DNA from: Mobula hypostoma
Lineage: Eukaryota
DNA: 64,000 nucleotides
Assembly: GCF_963921235.1 (NCBI RefSeq)
Contig: NC_086097.1
Location: forward strand, 161,574,001-161,638,000
Reading direction: 5' to 3'
Part shown: one piece after another, positions 14,305-27,485 of the stretch
Numbering within the stretch: position 1 is the first letter of the stretch
Layout: every line of letters begins with the position of its first letter
Program-made: the position numbers and the translations under genes
Notes under the pieces: generated by a model
The model's database searches: none
What the model was told of the DNA's origin: nothing
The model's input: the letters and a program-made list of their open reading frames with translations, nothing else

Positions 14305-14952
14305 CTGAAGAGAGAGAAAGAAACTAATGTATATAAGTAAAATAAAAGCACACTGATAGTATTAAAGGACAATAAACACTGCTGACATTAAATTACATAA
14401 AATAAATGCATTGTCATCATTTTGTACTTTGCACTGACATTTACAACAGGGCAAGATAGATTACTAGATTAATCATCAGGAGATATGATGCTGAATTTAA
14501 AAATCAGAATTAATCTGAAATCATTGTAAACTCGAGTCAGTAAGAACCTAGATTTGGGGTTTTTTCCAATTATAGAAAAACATATTTCTTAAAAATTTCC
14601 CTAGTACACTTCACAAATAAATTTTACATGACCAAAACAGCTCACTTTGCTAAAAGGAAATAAACTGAGAAAAGGATGTAATTAGGCACCAAGGAAGTTG
14701 ATGAACACATTTCAGCTTAAGAAAACAATTCAGCTCATTGGGTCCATGAAGGCTCCCAAATTATTCCCATACCCATATACTTTTTCACTGCAATTTATTC
14801 TCTTTCATAAACATCCATGAACTCCTCTTTGATCGTTTATTTGCCAGTTACCTAAACAAAGTTACCTACCTAAACCATAACACCATAAACACATACTGTA
14901 GGAGCAGAATTGGGCTAGTCAGCCCATCGAGCTTACTCCACCATCCTATTAT

Positions 14953-15217
14953 AGGCATCCGTTAGTCTTGCGCCTTGGCAGGACTGGGCAAGGTTGTATG
15001 GAAGACTGGCAGTTGCCTGTGCTGCAAGTCTCCCCTCTCCATGCCACCGTTGTCCAAGGGAAGGGCATTAAGGCCGATACAGCTTGGCACTGGTGTCGTT
15101 GTAGAGCAATGTGTGGTTAAGTGCCTTGCTCAAGGACACAACACGTTGCCTCAGCTGAGGCTCGAACTCGCGACCTTCAGATCACTAGACCAACACCTTA
15201 ACCACTTGGCCACGCAC
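14953..15217 (-). mobile_element. tRNA-derived SINE; a 3' fragment of the same family lies at ~13632-13722
   Basis: Minus-strand head has A box TGGCCAAGTGG and B box GTTCGAGCC, followed by CORE-like tgtgtccttgagcaaggcacttaacc. The end ggcatccgttagtcttgcg is shared with the copy at 13632. Confidence 0.75.
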
Positions 15218-15254
15218 CATCCTATTAATTCCTCTTTATGAATGTGGAAGGAAA

Positions 15255-16310
15255 TAACCATAAGACCAAGGAGCAGAATTGGGCCATTCAGCCTATCATT
15301 TGCCAGCCATTTTATCATGGCTGGTTTATTATTCCCCTCAACCCCATTCTCCTGCCTTCTCCCTGTAACCTTTGATGCCCTGATTAATCAAGAACTTATC
15401 AAACTCCACCTTAAATATACCCAATGACTTGGCCTGCACAGCCGTCTATGGCAATGAACTCCACAGATACACTACCCTTTGGTGAAAGAAATTGGTCCTC
15501 ATCTCTGTTTTAAATGGATGTACCTCTTTTCTTAGACTGTGCCCTTTGGACCTAGACTCCCCTACTAGAGGAAACATTCTCTCCGTGTCCACTCAATCTA
15601 GGTTTCAATGAGAACGCTACACATTCTTTTAAATTCAGCAAGTACAGGCCTGAAGCCATCAAACACTCCTCATACATTAGCCCTTTTACTACTGGGATCA
15701 TTCTCATGAGCCTTCTCTGGACCCTCTCTCACGCCAACACATCCTTTCTTAGATAAGGGGTGCACAACTACTCACCATATTGCAAATGTGATCTGACCAA
15801 TGCGTTATAATGACTACTGCATTACATCAAGTCAAGTCACTTTTTATTGACATTTCACCATAACTGCTGGTACAGAACATAGTAAAAATGAGACATTTTC
15901 CAGGACTATGGTGTTACATGAAACAATACAAAAACTACACTGAACTACGTAAGAAAAAACACAAAAACTACACTAGACTACAGTCCTATCCAGGACTGCA
16001 TCCTTCCTTTTACAGTATATTCTCGTCTTCTCAAAATGAATGCTAACATTGCCTTAGCATTCCTTATCAATAACTGAGCCTGCAAGTTAACCTTTAGGAC
16101 TCCAAGTGCCTTTGAACATCTGATTTCTGAATTTGCTCCAGTTTAGAAAATAGTCTATGCCTTTATTCCTTCTACCAAAGTACATGACGTATGCTATCCT
16201 GCACTATATTCCATCCACCACATCTTTGCCCATTCTCCTAATCTGTACAAGTCCTTCTGCAGACTCCCTGCTTCCTCAACACTACCTATCTCTCCACCTA
16301 CCTTTGTCAG
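15255..16310 (-). mobile_element. Decayed CR1 ORF2 3' region with a short inserted LINE tail (~15827-16000)
   Basis: Reverse-strand CR1 C-terminal remnants and an accataagacc-type tail. Confidence 0.55.
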
Positions 16311-16433
16311 AAAGTTTTCAATACATTTGAAAAGAAATTACATATTATTCCAGGTCAAAGAACAATACAACCTGCACAAGATTTATTTTCACAGCGTACA
16401 ACTGCAAAAGCTATTGATCAGGTCTTAATAGGA

Positions 16434-17220
16434 TGCCACAGCAGTGTAACGATTAGTGTGCACAATTACAGCATAGGGTGTCAAGAATTCAGACTTCAAT
16501 TCCAGCATCCTCTGTAAGAATGTTTGTACATTCTCCCATCTGCAGATGGATTTCTTCTGGGTTCTTCAGTTTCATAGTCATAGTCATAATTTATTGATCC
16601 CGGGGGAAATTGGTTTTCGTTACAGTTGCACCATAAATAATAAATAGTAATAAAACCATAAATAGTTAAATAGTAATATGTAAATTATGCCAGTAAATTA
16701 TGAAATAAGTCCAGGACCAGCCTATTGGCTCAGGGTGTCTGACCCTCCAAGGGAGGAGTTGTAAAGTTTGATGGCCACAGGCAGGAATGACTTCCTATGA
16801 CGCTCTGTGTTGCATCTCGGTGGAATGAGTCTCTGGTTGAATGTACTCCTGTGCCCACCCAGTACATTATGTAGTGGATGGGAGACATTGTCCAAGATGG
16901 CATGCAACTTAGACAGCACCCTCTTTTCAGACACCACCGTCAGAGAGTCCAGTTCCATCCCCACAACATCACTGGCCTTACGAATGAGTTTGTTGATTCT
17001 GTTGGTGTCTGCTCCGCTCAGCATGCTGCCCCAACACACAACAGCAAACATGATAGCACTGGCCACCACAGACTTGTAGAACATCCACCCACAGTGCAAA
17101 GACTTACTGGTCAGTTGGTTAATTGGTCATTGTGATTAGGCTAGGATTAAATTGATGGGTTGCTGGGTGGTGCGGCTCAATGGGCCTAAAGGGCCTGTTC
17201 CATGCTGTATCTCTAAATAA
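16434..17220 (+). mobile_element. V-SINE (HE1-like) split by a Rex/Babar insertion at ~16574-17085
   Basis: The V-domain tttgtacattctccc...ggatttcttctgggttcttcagtttc resumes as cccacagtgcaaagac...ggttaattggtc after the insert. Confidence 0.7.
16574..17085 (-). mobile_element. Rex1/Babar LINE 3' fragment
   Basis: ORF 16722..17099 has FY.SVVASAI.FAVVCWG and HPLH...SFLPVAIKLYN. Near-identical to 29698-30195. Confidence 0.9.
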
Positions 17221-17439
17221 AATTAAAGTAAATAAACCATTTTGGGTATTACTAAACAGTTTTAAAAACAAAGAGTTCTGTGTTTGAGGCACAGGAATAA
17301 GAAATGGCTACTGTAGCACGTGCAGTAACATGCAACTCCTGCTTCCAAATACCTTCTCGTCAATTATGCTTATCTGTAATTCCTTGGCCGAACTTCTGGT
17401 TCTTGGGCGATGGGGTGGGGGTGAGAAATCATTAGATGG

Positions 17440-18900
17440 AGAACAATTTTTGAGAGAGCACAAAAAAAAAACTGCAAGAAGCTGAAGGCAATGCAGAGCC
17501 AAAATGGGAAGATAGCAGGAAGGTGGGTAAGTAAGTTTGATAAAAACATGCAGTGCCTTGGGATCCAGTGGGAAGAATGGCAGAATGACAACCGGGGGAA
17601 TCATGAAAGTCAGCGACCACCTCTTTTGAGAAGAGTTAGACCAACTGGAAAATGGATTCTCTGGAAGACCTAAAGTGTGTATTTAAACAAAAGGATGCTT
17701 TCAAGGACAATAAATGGGTGATAGGCACAGGCCAGAAAAAGGACTTGCTCTGACAAGTACCTACCAGACTGGGCAGAGCATCCAATGCAGATGAAAGTGG
17801 GCTGCTAGCTCTATCAGAAAGATGATGTGGAGGATTTTTATCATAGTTATTTTATCTGTGCAATGCATGATCCAGACGCACAAAAGAGGAAAGAACTTCC
17901 CAACACAAAGACCTGAATGACCCTGAAAGCAGCAACAGATAGATTTCATTGGATCTTTTCGAACTTCCAGCTGGAGAGATAAATAGTCTAGTATTGTTGA
18001 GTCACTTTACTAAGTGGATTAAGGGCCTTCCAGACAACCACTGCCATGATCTTAGTGGTGCAGGCCTTTTCTAAGATGGAGACCAGAGAGGATTGTAAAA
18101 TCAGATCAAGTCACCTTATGAAGCAAGTATGGCATGTAGCTTGGTTATGGTTGGCTATTGAAAGAAAGGGACAAGAGGCATTTGGTTCGTAATCCATAAT
18201 CTCCAGGAATTATCAAGCACATGAATAAATCAAGAGAGCCATAAAATGATCACCTGAACAGAATACCATCATGCCCTTTGCGTTGATAAACATCAGGGAA
18301 TAAAATCCCATAAAACAGGATATTCAGCTCATTAAATGCAGAGTCATCTAGTACATTTCTTACTCTAACTCTCAAATGCACTTAGTCTAACTGGAGGATG
18401 GAAAAAAAGGGAACTGAAAAGATAGTTCAAGAATACTTATAAACAAGCTGCAGGGAATATTGGCAAAGAAATCAGAGCCAATGAAAAGACTTAGAACTAA
18501 ATAAACCTTAGGAATGATTAGGCACCAGAACACAAGATAGTAAGGAGGAATTACACATTGGGAGGAGTATTTGGACTGCAGTGTAAGATTTTGTACAGTA
18601 TTGTGGGAAAAGCCAGCTCAATGGTTTATTTTGAGCAACTATCCAAAAAGGTAAAATCAATCAGATGAAACAATATGAACCTCACAAGCAAGAGACAGCA
18701 AAAGGAACCAACATAAGTTAACTGAATGTAAAAAAAAAGAGGAAGAGGTTTTATTTTACAGTAGTATCACTACCAGTATCAATCCCACACCTTCAGAAGA
18801 TATACTTGAAGAGTCAAACATGCCAAGGTGCCATATGAAAATGTTATCAATACACAAGTTGTTAATTTAACCAGATTTGTGTAGCTTTGATTGCTTAGAA
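17440..18900 (+). mobile_element. Heavily decayed LTR-retroelement/ERV pol remnant (RNase H end, integrase, possible env start)
   Basis: Colinear motifs across frameshifts: EAEGNAE, DVEDFYHSYFICAMHDP, QIDFIG, HFTKWI, SDQ, P*SPGIIKHMN, TGYSAH, YSIVGKASSMVY, NQMKQY. Confidence 0.7.
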
Positions 18901-19254
18901 CAGTCAACACAGAGGAAATTTTTATTTCAATTTCTGTGGATAAAAATGGACAAAGCTCTGGCATTTATCTTGGAACTCATGTGGATGGAGATCATGACAG
19001 CTGAAGGTCATCAGATGTCATTGGGGAGAGTGACTGAAGTCGGAAAATACCCAAATGAGCTGTACTTCACATGTCCTCCTGACAAAAAATGCCATCTCTG
19101 GGAAAGGAAAAGAAGGATGCAATGGCAATTTAGCTTTAGTACAGCGAAAGAAGGGAGATTTATTTTTCAGAATCAGGTTTAATACCATGTGAAATATGTT
19201 GCTTTGTGGCAACTGTAGAATGCAAGAGAATATAAAATAAATAGAAAAAAGTGG

Positions 19255-19935
19255 AATAGTGAGGTAGCATTCATGGACTATTCAGAAATCTGATGCCAGA
19301 GAAGAAGCTGTTCCTATTCCCCATTAAAAAGAGGGAATGTCACGGATGATGAGGGTCCTTAATGATTGATGCCACCTTCTTGAGGACCCACCTTTTGAAG
19401 ATTTCTTTGATTGTGGGGAGGATTGTGCCAGTGACAGAGCTGGCTGGATCTTTTACTCACTGCAGCTTCACGATCCTGTGCATTGGTGGCTCTATACCAA
19501 GTGGTAATGCAACCAGTCAGAGTGCTCTCCACAGTATATCTGTAGAAATTGGCTAGAGTCTTTGGTGACACACCAGATTTCCTCAAATTCCTAATGAAGG
19601 CCAGCCACCAACGAACCCTCTTCAAGAATGACTCAAAATTCAGGGTAGATACTCTGAAACGTGAATGCCCACGAACTTGAACTTGAACTTGCTCCCCCTT
19701 TCCTCTGATGACTCCTCAATAAGGACTGGTGTGTGTTCTCCCAACTCTCCTTTCCTGAAGACTACAACCGATTTCTTGGTCTCGCTAATACTGAGTGTAA
19801 CACCACTCGACCAGCTGATCCATTTTGCTCTTGACTGCCACTTGTCGCCATCTGAGATTCTGCCAACAAGTGGTGCCATCAGCAAATTTATAGATGATAT
19901 TTGAGCTTTGTCTAGTCACACAGTCACAAATGTAG
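19255..19935 (-). mobile_element. Decayed Rex/Babar-type LINE RT C-terminal fragment
   Basis: LANFYRYTVESTLTGCITTWY and SETKKSVVVFRK...FKFVGIHVS in ORFs 19359..19625 and 19640..19885. Confidence 0.75.
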
Positions 19936-20025
19936 GAATCAGCACATTGCAAAACACCACTGAAATAATCATCCCTAGATCTGTACCAAAAAAGTCACAT
20001 GGGAAAGTTAAATGTAGAATCTGTG

Positions 20026-23000
20026 TGTAGTGGCAAAATTAAACCAAAACAGAAAAAAAAACAATTGGTGCTAGCCTGCGACCATTACAGAGTTGTATGC
20101 ACCCCCTGCTCCAACGCTTGCTCTAAAAGTTGAATCCTTTAATTCGCTCCTTCACTTGCAATTAGCAAGCATACAATCTTGGTGAAGAACTTCCACATAC
20201 CCAAGCGTAAACTAAGCATTATTCAGTGCTATTCCAGCAAAAGATATGACTTCCACCAGTCCCAAGCAATAAACTGCCACGAAATAAACAAGAATACGTA
20301 ACTTATTCCCTTCGCTTTTACCACGTCCCCACTTATAAAGACTAGTTACCATAACGAACATAATAAATGAGCAAAAGAAAATACAAAGCAGATAGGAAAC
20401 AGATGCATGGCTCCTACATTCCAGCCCCTTAATTATTCTACTAGAATAATTACAACTGCATGCTACCAAGACACAGAAGACATGAAATCTCAACATTCAC
20501 AAAAATGTCTTCTTTTGGTAAGCAGTCTATCCTGCTGGTGGTATTCTCCTGCCAAACCAGATCACCCCTCTTGACTGGATTCTGGAAAATGTCTTGAATT
20601 AATGCTGCCAAATCTCAGTTAAATGCCAAACTGAAATCCCATTAACTGTCCACTCTGGCCGAGTGTGGTCTTTTCCACTATCAAGGACTCCTTTCAATGA
20701 TCCATTAACAGTTCAATCCAGCATTTTTCTGATTGCATAAGGTCCACCACTAATACTGTGAATCACTTGCAAAAGCTCAATGCCTTGGACACATTCACCC
20801 TTATCAACAGCTCAATTTCTGAATCAATTTCCAGCAAATGAATACACTTCAGGTGAGACCCTTCCTGAATATCTCTCTGACGAGCAATGTTCCCTTTGTA
20901 GACAGGTGCAGGTTCCTGTGTATTGATGTTAGGCAGTTCACAATAGTTTTCACTATCCAAGACGGCCACTTCCAAAGCAGAAATGATGTAATTACTCAGA
21001 ACATTCTCCCGACCTTTGGTGCATCAGAGAATGTGTGTTCCTCTTCCTGTTAGGTTGATCTTGTTCATGAATTTCACTGTGCAGAACACTGCTGTACTTC
21101 TTTAATCTAGGAAAGCATAAGTAACCACTGTCTTGTTACTCTTCTTAGAATTCACCTGAACTGGAATTATAGGAACTTTATCATCATGATCACTAGACCT
21201 CGTAAGACCATTAGACACTAGGGCAGTAGTCGCTGCTGTTTGCTTCATTCATGGCTGGTTTCAAACTGCACCCTTTTCACCAGTTCCAGGCTCAGTTTCA
21301 GCTTCACTTTCCACAATAACCACAGTAGTGACAAAGCTGCTTCCTTTGATTTGAGAACAAATTTGTGATCTAGTTTTGTTCACACCTTTACTTACTGCTG
21401 ATGATATAACATTGTATTTTTCCCCCAAATGCTGGGGGTATAGCAATTTTTACTTGCCTTTCAATTATGTCAACAACGACTGATCTCCATTTTCCCCAAA
21501 GTTCACCAGACAATTTATAAATGACAATCCTCATATTAGCAGACATGTTCAACTCATGCATGTCTTATATCACCAAAGATTTGAATCTCCCTTTTAAGCA
21601 TAGATGCAATGCCTTATTGTTGCATCACTATGCTTGTTACTATTTTTCGTGTCCTTCTGGTATCCAGTGCGACATTTGGACTTTTATCATCTGAAACACT
21701 CGTGTCTCCATACAGTAAATTAATGTCCTCCAAAACACATATTGGATATGGCATAGGTTCAGAATGCCTCCTTGGTACAGGCTGAATATGCTGGATTTTC
21801 TCTGTTCAATGTCAACATTGAACTCTCACCAGAGAACTACTCTGCTGGAGCATGTTTAGCACCCATAGCACTTGAGGTCCTTGAACCTTAACTCTGGCAA
21901 TTTTCCGTCTGCAACTTAAGCTGCTCCATCTTCCTTCAAAGTTGCTTTTCCATCTGTTCCTGATTTCTTAGAAGCTATTCTGCCCGTTCTTCCTGGCTTC
22001 TCCAAAGCTGTTCCATTTTTTTCTTCCAAAGCATGTTTATCCCTCAATACCTGTTGTCTTGTGTGTAACTCAACTAAATCAGCCTCAATTTTAATGCATG
22101 CCAATGTGCTATCAGACACACGGGTCAATCTGCAAGCAACAGAACCAGCTGCATGTACACTAGACACGCTGTCTTCAGCACATATATAACTCATCATCTT
22201 TCTATGTAGTCACAGCCTGGTCTGAGGCTTTTTAAATATTTTCATTTCCTCCAATAAACTGATCTTCGTCATTGCATGTTTGTTAATTTCTCTCTTAACC
22301 TTGCTTCAAGATTGCTGCTTCCAACTGGATTCAAGTTGTTCTCCAAGTGAGCAAACCAGAAAAAACGATGACAAATTCGATTCAGCTTTCAACAATGGAA
22401 ACAATTCAATTCTTCACTTTTCAACAGAACCAAGTGGTCAAACTATCAGGTAAACATCACTATACAGCTTGACAAGGCAACAATGATCATTCAAAACTGT
22501 TTCAAACCCAGACACACAGCATGAATCAACAAAATGTTGTTACTTGCCACAAGCTCTTTCAGGCTGTGGTGCTCCTAAATTGCACGGCCACATCTGAATG
22601 CTTATGTTCATTTGCTATAACTGTCGAAAACTTTTGCTGACAGAATGTAGCAGCAAAACCAAACCAAAGCAAAGCAATTACCACTAGATTGTGACTGTTA
22701 CGGAGTTGTTATATTTGTAAGAAGCGCCCTCAATTTCAATGATTGCTCCAAAAGTCAAATCCTTTATTGATCCTTTATGAGGAATTAGCAAACATACAAT
22801 CTTGAAGTGATGAACTAAAGTGTATCCAAGTGTAACCTAAGCATTATTCTGCAATATTGAGCATAATCTCAGCAAAAGATATGACTGCCAGTCTCAAGCT
22901 ACAAACTGACATGAAATAAGCAAGAATACGCAACTTATTCTCTTTGTTTTCACCACACCCCCCACTCATGAGACTAGTGACCATAATAAACGCACATCAC

Positions 23001-23041
23001 AGAACACAAAGCAGATAGAGAACATACGCATGGCTCCTATA
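20026..23041 (-). mobile_element. BEL/Pao LTR retrotransposon, internally deleted, with both LTRs (20026-20418 and 22646-23041)
   Basis: Two diverged ~395-bp direct repeats bounded by TGTAG...CTACA/CTATA. PPT-like aaggggctggaa next to the left LTR on the minus strand; flanks ctgtg/ctgta. BEL protease-region motifs TYAFLD and ELP...TQ...PV.KGNI..Q.D...HL..IHL.EIDSEIELLI. Confidence 0.85.
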
Positions 23042-23555
23042 CTGTAAAATCTTTAAGGCTGAACAAAGAGTAACCATTCTGTCAACAATTTCATCAGGTT
23101 TGAGTCCTGAAGAAGGATCTTGGCCCAAAATGTCGATTGTTTACACTTTTCCATAGGTGTTGCCTGGCCTGAAGTTCCTTCAGCATTTTGTGTGTGTCGC
23201 TTGGATTTCCAGCATCTGCAGATTTTCTCCTGTTTGCTGTCAACAACTGTATAGTATACATTAACCAAAGTAGAATAAATGATGCAAGGAAAATTATTAC
23301 ACTAGAACTCTGATAATCTGGTATGTACTATTGAATCTGATTATATATAGGAATTAACTTTGGGATACGCAGTGTAACCACAATTGCAAAATCTTTTACT
23401 TACAGAAATAACTTCACAAGTCCACACCTGACTTCTTGTACTGTGCCAATTTTGTGTCAAAAGGACATAAAATCATAAAACTTTTTATATCGGGAAAGAA
23501 ATGAATATCCATGTACCTGATTAAATCCCTAGTTTAAACCACCAGAAATATAGTA

Positions 23556-24728
23556 CAGGTTTCCCCCGCCATCCAGAGGTAGAATGCTCCTACGAAATGG
23601 TTCATAAGCTGGAATGTTGTAAAGTGAAGAAGCAATTACCATTAATTTATATGGGAAAAATTTGTGAGCGTTCGCAGACCCAAAAAATAACCTACCAAAT
23701 CATACCAAATAACACATAAAACCTAAAATAACAGTAACATATAGTAAAAGCAGAAATGATATAAATACACAGCCTATATAAAGTAGAAATACTTTTCTAC
23801 AATCATTGCCGCACTGTTCTCCATAGCAAAAATCTCACGCAAGTGCTCTCAGCAGAAACACTCTCTCCAGTAACACTTAAGCTACGAAACTGCCAAATCA
23901 TACCAAATAACACATAAAAATACACAGCCTATATAAAGTAGAAATAATGTATGTACAGTGTAGTATCACTTACGGGAATTGGGAAGACAGTGCCAAGCAC
24001 ACTGATGATGGTGTGTTAGGCTGAGTCATCGGAGGTTGGGGTGGTTCAGTGGTCCCCACCCTCCAGGCTGCCGACTGATACCAATCCGCGAAGAATGCAG
24101 CGGTAGGTGGTACGCACCCAGCACATCTTTAAGAAAAAAGCCGAAATAAACAAGCTATTAGGTGCCGCCCAGCACGTAAATGTCAGCCCAGATCAGAGGT
24201 GACGCAATCGGCAATCGCCTCTGATCTGGGCCGACATTTACGTGCTGGCCTTTTTCTTAAAGATGTGTTGGGTGCATCCCAGCTACCGCTGCATTCTCTG
24301 CGGCAATGTATCGGTCCACGGCCCAGGAGTTGGGGTGGTGGGACACTGGGGTGTCATCTCAGCGTCATCTGTTTCCATCAGGGCAAGCAGGTCATCTTCC
24401 TTTATCTCGAAACGCTTAATTATGTCTAGTTTTACGCTACGTGTAACAGCTTTACGAGCTCTTTTAGGCTTTTCCGATACCTTAGAACTCATCTTGCTAA
24501 TGGTTGCTCACAGGCACGTGTTTAAGCAATGCCGGCTAGAATGCAGTTCTGGGGGAGGAGCTTGGCTGCTCGGGGCACGCATTGCTTTGTATCGTGCGCT
24601 GTTTTTTTCGCGCACTGCCTTTTTTCGTAACAGTGAAAACACCTGTTAGCGAAAACAGGTGACTAATGTAGGTCTTTTGTAACAGTGAGGTTTCGTAAAG
24701 CGGATGTTTGAAAAGCGGGGGACACCTG
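23556..24728 (-). mobile_element. Tigger/pogo-type non-autonomous DNA transposon (copy 1)
   Basis: TA flanks at 23554-55 and 24729-30, imperfect TIRs CAGGT(T/G)TCCCCCGC, and a Tigger-like N-terminal peptide MSSKVSEKPKRARKAVTRSVKLDIIKRF. Confidence 0.88.
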
Positions 24729-24812
24729 TAACGGATTCAGATATTGACAAACTTAAACCTGAAGTTCAGACCAAAATAATTAAACTTCTAATCTTGGTGT
24801 CAGATAGCACAC

Positions 24813-25335
24813 ACACTCAGAGGCCACTTTTGGTGCTTATTGTACCTAATTAAGTGGACACTGTGAACACTCATGATCTTCTGCTACCATAGCCCATCCA
24901 CTTCAAGGTTCATATTGTGCATTCATCATTGTAACATATGTTTATTTGAAATAATGCCACATTCCTGTCAGCTTGAACAAGTCTAGCCATTCTCCTCTGA
25001 CCCCTCTCATTAACGAGGCATTTTCACCCACAGAACTGCCACTCAATGGCTCTTTTTTTTTGTTTTTCACACCATTCTCTATAAACTCTAGAGGTCGTTG
25101 TGCATGAAAGTCCCAGGAGATCACCAGTTTCGAACCACCCTGTTTGGCACAAAACAATCATTCCATGGCCAGTGTGACTTAGGTCACATTTCTGCCTCAA
25201 TCTGACATTTGGCCTGAACAAAAGCAGAACCTTTTGACCATGTTTGCATGTTTTTATGCATTAAGTTGCTGCCATATGATTGGCAGATTAGATATTTGCA
25301 TTAATGAAGTGTACTTAATAAAGCAGCTGCTAAGT
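24813..25335 (-). mobile_element. Tc1/mariner-derived non-autonomous element
   Basis: cactcagaggccacttt TIR remnant. ORF 25024..25221 (GMIV...ETGDLLG.S.TT.SRVYREW) resembles the Tc1 transposase HTH. Confidence 0.7.
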
Positions 25336-25799
25336 AAATTATGGAAATTGATACAAACAGAAAATAAAGTGGGACGAGACAGAAGACTTCATAGCAGCAA
25401 TAATTTTGGATTTAGAGGATCACAACTGAAGTAAAATCCTTTGATAATAACTATGAATCATTTGCTAGCTGAGACACACTTGGCCACTGTCATTCACAGT
25501 GAAAAGGAATCAACAACTGAAGAAGCAGCAACAGCAATAAGAGTTACTGCATGAGACTCTGACTCAGCAAGAGCGAGAGATACTGACTGGAAGTGATCTT
25601 TGCCATAAGGTGTCATGAGCCATGTGGGCTCCTGTAGCCTGACACATTCAGCACACAGTGAACCAAAAAAATGATCATAATCAATTGAAATTCCCATTCC
25701 AAAATGTTGTAAAGCCTTTCTTTTGTTCCAATGTTACATCACTGAAGTTACAACTCCCATAGACAAGATAGCTCCAGTGTATCCTCATTGTCCTCGTTA

Positions 25800-26430
25800 A
25801 GCCCCCATGATTTAACATTAGAAAAACCTATTCTAAGATTAAACAGGATTGGGAAAAGAAACTTAATTTGACTTTTATGACGGAGGATTGGATGCGGATA
25901 TTGAAGTTGGTTAACTCTTCTTCAATTTGTGCTAGCCACTCATTGATTCAATTTAAAGTTGTACATCCTTACCATTTGACAAAGGAGAGACTTTCTAAAA
26001 TCTTTCCTAATGTTGATAGTCATTGTGATAGATGTAAAACTGAGATAGCTACACTGACACATATGTTTTGGTCTTGTTCTATATTGGAACAGTTCTGGAA
26101 GTCGGTTTTCTCAACAATTTCTAAAGCACTTAAAATTAATTTACAACCTAATAAATTAACTGTGCTTTTTGGAATAGTTCCTCAAAATATTCATGGTATT
26201 TCTGTGTCTGACCAACATGTTATTGCATTTGTTACATTGATAGCTAGGAGGGCCATTTGTTGAAGTGGAAGGATACATCAGCTCCCACTTTGTCACAATG
26301 GTTCTCTCAAGTGAGGCTATGTCTCAGTTTGGAGAAAATTAGAAGTCGAACCTTTGAACCTTTATTTGATTTTGAGAAAAGGTAGGGCTCATTTGCTCGT
26401 TATTATCATTTGAGTTACTTGATATAATTG
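25800..26430 (+). mobile_element. L1/Tx1 ORF2 C-terminal fragment (CCHC zinc finger)
   Basis: ORF 25868..26263 has LIQFKVVH and CDRCK...LTHMFWSC. Confidence 0.85.
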
Positions 26431-26432
26431 AT

Positions 26433-27485
26433 ACAAAGTGAGTTTGGCTTGTGGAAGGTGACGAAGATGATGTTGAAGAGGTTTTGGCATCCCATGACCA
26501 AGAACTGATAGATGAAGAGCTGATGCAATTGGAAGAAAAAAGGATAACAATCGAAACCGAATGAGTAATGATAAAGTACGACTTTAATTTTGAAAGGGTA
26601 CGTTGGTTTAGAGGATATTTGCAGGATGGTTTGAGTGCTTACAAAGAACTGTATGATAGAAAAATGTGCCAGGCTCAGTAGTCAAGCAAGCCTTCCACAT
26701 CAGCCACAGCAGAAGACGAACCTCGATCTTCGACATCGAGGCGGGCAGTCATAGGAGAAGATGAGCTGCCTGCTTTAATGGAAAGAGACGACGAGATGGC
26801 ACCCCGGTGTCCCACCAATCAGCAATCGGCACTGATCTGGGCCGACAATTACATGTCGAGCGGCACCTAATTAATTAACATGTTTATTTCGGCTTTTTTC
26901 TCAAAGATGTGCTGTGTGCCTCCCGGCTACCACTGCATGCTTCGCGGATTGGTATCGGTTCGCTGACCGGAGGGTGGGGGCCACTGCACCACCCAAACTC
27001 CGTCGACTCAGTCTAATACACCACCATCAGTGCGCTCCGCACCTTCCCAATTCCGGTAAGTGATACTACACCCTACATACATTATTTCTACTTTATATCA
27101 GCTGTGTATTTTTACATGTTATTTGGTATGATTTGGCAGCTTCATAGCTTAAAGGTTACTGGAGAGTGTTTGTGGCGTGTTTTTGCCGATGGTGCTTGCA
27201 TGAGATTTTCGCTACGGAGAACAGTTCAGGCAATGATTGTGGAAAAGTATTTGTACTTTATATAAGCTGTGTATTTATCGTATCATTCCTGCTTTTACTA
27301 TATGTTACTGTTATTTTAGGTTTTATGTGTTATTTGGCATGATTTGGTAGGTTATTTTTGGGTCTGTGAACGCTCACAAAATTTTCCCATGTAAATAACT
27401 TTTAATGGCTTCTTAGCTTTATGACATTCCAGCTTACGAACCATTTCATAGGAACGCTCTACCTTCGGATGGCGGGGGAAACCTG
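26433..27485 (+). mobile_element. Tigger-type MITE copy 2 (left end missing)
   Basis: Matches 53500-54824 and ends ggcgggggaaacctg followed by TA. Confidence 0.85.

Noticed and set aside
14055..14372. 105-aa minus-strand ORF
   Set aside because: It overlaps the DENND3 exon in the wrong frame; the spliced frame gives the conserved PEV..VPPF and LPQLCFPG peptide.
15158..15217. tRNA-like sequence with A and B boxes
   Set aside because: It is a SINE head that runs into a SINE body with no terminator; not a tRNA gene.
17308..17620. Overlapping minus-strand ORFs as a possible extra DENND3 exon
   Set aside because: No convincing GT donor or DENN similarity, the flanking exons already join in phase, and the region is antisense to the retroelement remnant.
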